A DNA stretch of 64,000 nucleotides. Origin: Camelus ferus (Eukaryota). The translations under genes and the position numbers were made by a program. How positions within the stretch are numbered: the stretch's first letter is position 1; every line of letters starts with the position of its first letter. The stretch is taken from positions 61,320,001 through 61,384,000 of the forward strand of contig NC_045707.1 in assembly GCF_009834535.1 (NCBI RefSeq), in the 5' to 3' direction. This document shows, piece by piece, positions 60,367 to 64,000 of this stretch. The notes below the pieces were generated by a model. The model did not search any database and had not been told where the DNA came from. It worked only from the letters and a program-made list of their open reading frames with translations.

Positions 60367-62614
60367 AAGTTATTTGCATATTTACCTCAGAAACTATGGG
60401 AAACATAGGGATGCTTCTATGTCTCTGTTTGTATGTGTGACTCATCACTTATTTTGGTAATGAAAGGTCTAAGAAGATAATTTGAGTTCTTGCTAATCCA
60501 CTTGGTTACTTCAAGGAGAAAATGATAGGGTGCAGCCTTTTGAAGTGGCACCTATGGGGCATGTGACAGCTCATTATGAACTAGAAGACAGAAGTATCCC
60601 CACCCAGCTTGGTACACACACAGGAAAGGGGGCCTTTGGGAAACAGAAACTAAGACCATCTAGGGTACCACCGGGACCTTATTCCCAGAGCATTTCCACA
60701 AGAGGCTGTTGAGCACCTCAGGATTCTGAATTGGAGCTTCATAGCTGCCACTCTAGAGATGACCGAAGACTTAACTATTATCTGTACTTAATCCCTAAGA
60801 AGATCTCAAAGTACTGTTTCAGAAAAAGACCTTAAACATGCCATGGGGACTGAAGAGATTTGAATAGAATTCTAGTGCCTTATCACTGGAAGGAAACTCC
60901 AGAATTCATTTAGTCCAAGCCCTCTTACTTTCATCTGAGGAAATTGAACCCCATGAAATTATTTGCACTGGAATGCCCAGATGAGGGTCACTTTGGTGTC
61001 TTTTTCTGTTCTACCAGTTAGAAGAAGTAGGAACACTCCTGCAGTGTACCGCCCCAGCACCATGAGTTTCCCCCATGTAACACTTCACTGCAAATCCTTG
61101 TTCAGTAGCCTTCACCTTTCCAGCATAAACTCTTATGCAAGTACAGGTTATGTCCACCTCATTAAATTCAGTATTTTTCTAGGGCCCAGTACAACTTTAG
61201 GGATAAGTAGACACTTGATGTATTTTTATAAAACAAGTAAATGGAAGAATAGATGGTCTGAAGGATGCTAAGTGACACCTAATGGGGGTTGTAATCTTTT
61301 TTTCCCAACCACTAGTATTTTCAAGGCCGTTGTTACTCAGATCATCAGCAGATATTGGGAAAAGAGCCATCACAGTGTTCGACTAGGGAAGATTTCCTAC
61401 CTATTCCATTTCTGACCCTACTCATCAGCCACTTTCCCAGGACTGAGGAGCCTTGAAGCCCTTCCTGAGTGTGAATCTGTGATTAAAGGGAAATAGATCT
61501 TTAGTAAAATGTTCCATTGTCTGACACTGACATAGACCCAGAAATTCTGGGTAGAAATTGAGGCAACGTATACTTTAGAGTGCAGAGTTAAAGAAATTAT
61601 AATAGTGTCTGTCATGATAAATCCTAAGGAATCTTCATTGATCTGTCCAGGGTGATATGGAATGTGGAACCAGTCCACACAGTCGTACACAGTTCACACA
61701 GCTTATATCTGCTATCGAGCTGGAGCTCAGTGATAAAGAAACACCTTATTTTCTTCTTGCCATATCCTTGGGTTATCTTAGGTTTTCAACGGCTTACTTT
61801 TGGGAGATGGTGACGTGTTTTTAAGGTTACAGAGGTCATTGTTCTAATTTCATCCCAAACAGAGATGCTCTAGAATGCTGAGGGCCAGAGAGCACCCTCA
61901 GATTGCAGACTGCCTAGTCGGCAAGGCATGGGAGTAGTTGGAAATCTTTCAGCCATTTGTTTCCGAAGGTAAGGCTGTTTTACAGGAAGAGGAATCATCT
62001 GTTGTTGCTATCTCTGAATCTGTTTACAAACCCTTACGTTCATGCAAGATGAGGCACGAGAGAATTAGGAACCGTACAGATTTTGAAAGATCAGAATGCT
62101 TATTTCAGTAACTCTCGAGAGCAGATAAGCTTCTTTCTAGTGGTTAGAGAAGAAAAGTTTGAATCCTCTTAAAGCCTATAGTTTCTACCACTTAAAGAGA
62201 TTATCCTGTAAATCAAATATCATCCTGTTGTTTCCTGTTCAGTTACAGTCTAAAACAAATGGCTCTTAATATTAAGCGATTATCCTAGTCATAGTTTTTT
62301 CTCAGTATCATTTGTTTTAAAACATTAGCAAATCTCAGCTATTGTATGTTCTCATCTTGCCAAATAAAACTTATTGTCTAATTACCTTATTTGAATTTTT
62401 TCAGATATTGTATCAATAATCCCTTACCCACTTATTCCACAATATGAGATGAACATAAAAAATGAAAAAAAACCCTCTATTTGTGTCATTTTTTTTCTTT
62501 CTAGGTAATAGCCTTTCATTGAAAACATATTTTTTTCTGCTTTTTATTCCTTTATTTTCTACACCTTTTCTTCACGTGTTTTCTTTTCTTTTCTATTTTT
62601 AAAAGAATAAAGTC

Positions 62615-62715
62615 TTTTTAAAGATTTTACTCTTTTAGAGCAGTTTCAGGTTCACAAAAGAATTGATCAGAAAACACAGAGAGTTCGCACATAGCCCTCA
62701 CCACGCACACATACA
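62615..62715 (-). mobile_element. L1M (L1MB/MC-type) 3' tip
   Basis: 'ttttagagcagtttcaggttcacaaaagaattga..cagagagttc'. Confidence 0.75.
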
Positions 62716-63118
62716 TGAAGACATATTTTTTCAAAGTATCTACCTGAGGCTTTTTTTCGGCAAGGATGTATCACTTATCCCATTAACATCATGGGACTTT
62801 ACAATGAGTTTCCCTTGAACAGACATATTACAATGAGTTCTTCTGGTATTAGACTCTAGTTTGTAAAAGGAGTCAAGTTTGCTGTTTCTTTTCTCTGTCC
62901 TTCTGACACCTTTGCCTCAGCAAACTTTGGGCAGTACATCATCAATTTAAAATTTAATATTACCGTTTCCAAAATAGTGACTTGATAAATTATAATGGAT
63001 GCTCAGATATTGCCAATTAATAGTGGCCAAATAAGAAAGTTATCTTAGGTGACGGGAGAGTTTGAAAAGTCACCATTTAAATTTAAAAACATCCAAATTG
63101 AATTCTGGCAATAGTGAT

Positions 63119-63472
63119 TGTTCTAGTTCGTTCAAGCTGCCATAACAATATACCATAGACTGGGTGCCTTATAACAACGGTCATTGGTTCTCACAGTTGT
63201 GGAAGTTGGGGAGTCCAAGATCAAGGCACTTGCAGATTCAGTGTCTGGGGAGAGCCAGCTTTCTGGTTCATAGGCAGCTATCCTATCAATGTGTTCTCAC
63301 ATGATGGAAGGAGTCAAGGGAGCTCTCTGCCTTCTTTTAGAAGGGCACTGATCCCCTCCACCTGGTTACACCTGAGCACCTCCCCAAGGCCTCACCTTCT
63401 AATACCATCAACATGGGGGTTAGGATTAAATATATACATTTGGTGGAGAAAAGAAACATTCAGATCATAGCA
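63119..63472 (-). mobile_element. MLT1A-type MaLR solo LTR
   Basis: TG..CA ends; 'gctgccataacaatataccatagactgggtg', 'gtccaagatcaagg' and 'ttctaataccatca'. Flanks gtgat/gtgag (4/5 TSD). Confidence 0.92.
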
Positions 63473-63649
63473 GTGAGCTTCACTTTTCCCAGATTTCCTC
63501 TAAAGGCAAACAACCTCTTTGTGGGGGAGTGGGGGTGGACCCTACATTTAATTAGCTTCAACACAGACAACTTTTGCATTAATTACATTATATATGTATT
63601 ATATATGTATGTATGTATGTAGGTATGTAGTTAATTTTTATTACAACCA

Positions 63650-63930
63650 ATCATGTAATATATTATTTTTCCTACTTTACAATTGAGAAGATGGAAATGT
63701 AGAAAAATTAAGTAACTAAGAAATATTAAGTAACACGCTGCTAGGAGGTTGCAGAGGTAGAGTTCAAATGAAGACTCTGGTCTCTTTATCCAATATCTGC
63801 ACATTCAACAAACATTGGTTAAGCATGTGCTATGGGAGGGATATTGTGTGAGAGGCTGAAGAGTCAAAAAAAAAAAAAAAAAAGTAAGTCTGAGTCTCTG
63901 CTTTCAAAGAAGTAACTGTTAATTTTAAAA
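63650..63930 (-). mobile_element. MIR fragment followed by L2 3' end
   Basis: 'tttacaattgagaagatggaa..gcagaggtagagttcaaa' then 'cattcaacaaacattggttaagcatgtgctatg'. Confidence 0.65.
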
Positions 63931-64000
63931 GAACATGGAAGTGCCTGACAGTGGACTCACGGGACAGCACAGAGAACCATGTTATGTATGAAAGGAGTGA

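Noticed and set aside
61780..61975. Plus-strand exon ending at AAG|GTAAGG (~61968)
   Set aside because: An isolated donor-like site with no recognisable peptide; such matches are expected by chance.
1..64000. A novel multi-gene biological system
   Set aside because: No supportable coding genes or structured RNA genes. The content is explained by known repeat classes plus candidate regulatory DNA.

Overview
Mammalian nuclear non-coding DNA, very probably camelid (alpaca/llama/camel). The evidence is five near-full copies plus one tail fragment of a tRNA-Ala-derived SINE matching my recollection of camelid Vic-1, together with artiodactyl-type L1 3' ends. I recognise no protein-coding gene or functional RNA gene; the ORF track is chance or repeat-derived, so the window looks intronic or intergenic. 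It is a mosaic of old eutherian repeats (L2, MIR, L1M, MLT1/MLT2, MER20, MER5, MER45A, MER63, Tigger1-type), younger insertions with intact target-site duplications (TSDs), a MER41-like solo LTR, simple repeats and several repeat-free regulatory-looking blocks. I did not find a convincing novel biological system. The best second-look items are an orphan polyadenylated retro-insertion (17.6-17.85 kb), a probable L1 3' transduction (40.9-41.3 kb), a tandem GAS pair in a CpG-enriched block (44.8-46.05 kb), a short orphan CpG island (31.2-31.6 kb) and a speculative minus-strand spliced transcript. Repeat family names are from memory of consensus sequences, and boundaries of old repeats are approximate.
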